Assembly (NCBI RefSeq): GCF_009914755.1
Contig: NC_060941.1
Source of the DNA: the human T2T-CHM13v2.0 reference genome, Homo sapiens
Direction: 5' to 3' (one strand)
DNA: 64,000 bases
Shown: one piece after another, positions 61,468 to 64,000 of the stretch
Numbering within the stretch: the first letter of the stretch is position 1
Layout of the letters: each line of letters begins with the position of its first letter
Notes under the pieces: generated by a model
The model's database searches: none
What the model saw: the letters and a program-made list of their open reading frames with translations, nothing else
Told to the model about the DNA's origin: nothing
Program-made: the position numbers and the translations under genes

Positions 61468-61924
61468 TGGAAGAGTACCAGGAGCTGACACCCTGCCTAG
61501 GGAAATCAAAGCCTTAGCAAACCCACTTTTATTTAGCACAATGTGTTTCATTTAAAAGCAAAGGGGAAGATGTGTCATACCTGGAACTATTTACATCTCT
61601 GTCTTTCTTTGCTTTTCCTGAATTCGCAAGACAGGATGAAACTCATTTCTATCTCTCCATCCTATGTGAAAACCCCACTTGCCATACAAACTAGACAGGA
61701 CACTCAGAACATTGAGAATTGAACTGGTTAATGGGTGACAAAGTGACTATTTCCAAAGAGAGAAGATGGGTATGACCTAGAATCACCTTGCGTGTTGGAC
61801 CAGACCTAAGCAAGCTGACAAAATTATATTTGTGTTGGGAGATAAGAAAAAAATATTGATGGCGGGTAGCCCGTATTACTTTCATCTAAAATGCTTAGCA
61901 TGATACTATTTTTAAGAAGTTCAA

Positions 61925-62300
<376 letters not shown>

Positions 62301-62746
62301 TCATCAGGAGGAAAGTCCCTATTATGGCTAATTCTCAGCCTAGTATTCTAGAATTTCTGCAATTTGGGTTTACCACACATTTAATATCATTTCTCATAAA
62401 ATTTACAAGAGTCATTCTTCCTGCTGTCCCCAGGTATACCACGTTTATTACTCTCTCCACACCTTCACTCTGCCCTTTTTCCCCCCGAAATTCCTTCTTT
62501 GTCTACTTTTTCTTGACCTGGTCTTACTCAATTCTCAAAGCCTCTCCAATTTACACTCCTTTCAAGAAAGGTGTACTGATCATTCCAACTCTACTGTAAT
62601 CCCTAACTTCCCTGAATTTCAGAACTTTAGTGTCTATTCCTCATTTGCCATTCCTGTTAATTCAAGAAACATCTAGTGAGTACCTATGATTGTCAGTAAG
62701 TATTCTAAGCATTGAGGGTACAAAGTTCCTGTTTTCCATGAAGTTA

Positions 62747-62841
62747 TTAGGGGTGGGCGCAAAAGTAATTGTGGGTTTTGCTGTTAAGTAATGGCAAAAC
62801 CATTAACAGCAAAACCCACAATCACTTTTGTGTAAACCTAA
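62747..62841. mobile_element. MADE1 (Hsmar1 MITE) variant, 95 bp
   Basis: ttagg...gcaaaagtaattg...caatcacttttg...cctaa flanked by TA on both sides. Confidence 0.9.
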
Positions 62842-63274
62842 TACATTCTCCGGGAGGGAGACAGAGAAAAGGAAAGAACTGAATTCAAATATATAAGAAA
62901 AATTGGAGAAAAGTACTCTGTGATATAGAGGGTGAGGTAGTAAAGTGACTAGAAGAACATATGAGATTGTATGACAGTGATGGTCTCTGAAATTATGACA
63001 CTTAATCAGAGATTTAAATAAAAATAATTGGCTTCATGAAGATCAGCAGTGGTAGTATTTCAGGTGGATTCAAAGACTGAAAGTTGGCAGAAATAAGTTT
63101 GGCTTCTTTAAGAAAACTAAAAGTGGCCAATAGGTGTGATAATAGTAGATACAGGGGAGAGGCAGGCTAAAAATGAGGCCGGACAATGTAAGTAGCGGCC
63201 CAAGAGAAAGGTGGTGGTGGCTTCAACTAGGGCAGTGCTGGTGAAAATAGAACATCATAAGATTTAGATGAAGC

Positions 63275-63660
<386 letters not shown>

Positions 63661-64000
63661 TTAGTCTGAGTGACTAGATGTTGACAGTTACTGAGATGAC
63701 CAGGGAGACTAAGGGAGTAATTTGGGAGCATCTTCAGTCTCCTCATGGCTGCAACACTTTCTTTGTATATTTTTAACATATATTTTGCTATTACTTCTCT
63801 CTCCCTGACTAAATTAAAGCTGTCTCAAGGGTAAAAATGTTGTGCTTTGTCTTCCATAATGCAACACATATCGTAGGTACACTGGCACAGTGTTTGACAA
63901 ATATTTGCTTAATAAATCTAGGAAAGGGAGAATGACATGTGAACCTCCATTTATAAATGTTATTTACAAGTTTTATAGAAATATTCACTCTGATGACTAC

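Overview
This is human genomic DNA (it carries an AluYa5) lying inside the CA10 gene (carbonic anhydrase-related protein 10), which is transcribed on the minus strand. The only protein-coding sequence I can support is one 75-nt symmetric (phase 1-1) exon at 54066-54140 (-). It has a textbook branch point/polypyrimidine/AG acceptor and a CAG|GTAAGT donor, and encodes (A)[24 protein letters not shown](V), which I recognise as the CA10 N-terminus. The ORF track misses it. The rest is intron, densely filled with L1, Alu, MaLR/ERV LTR, L2, MIR, CR1 and hAT/Tc1-mariner relics, many nested and with readable target-site duplications (TSDs). None of the listed ORFs is a credible gene. The most unusual signal is a series of local templated duplications that repeat annotation does not explain: a 132-bp inverted templated insertion (2.8 kb), a 51-bp fold-back enclosing a MER1 fragment (6.8 kb), an 88-bp direct copy (12.8/14.7 kb), two long non-TE inverted repeats 4-7 kb upstream of the exon (58-59 kb and 59.7/61.4 kb), and a template-switch-corrected MADE1 hairpin (62.8 kb). 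Also present are a tailless U2 snRNA retrocopy, a twin-primed L1 and a trimeric Alu. Repeat subfamily names come from my memory of consensus sequences and should be confirmed with RepeatMasker/Dfam.
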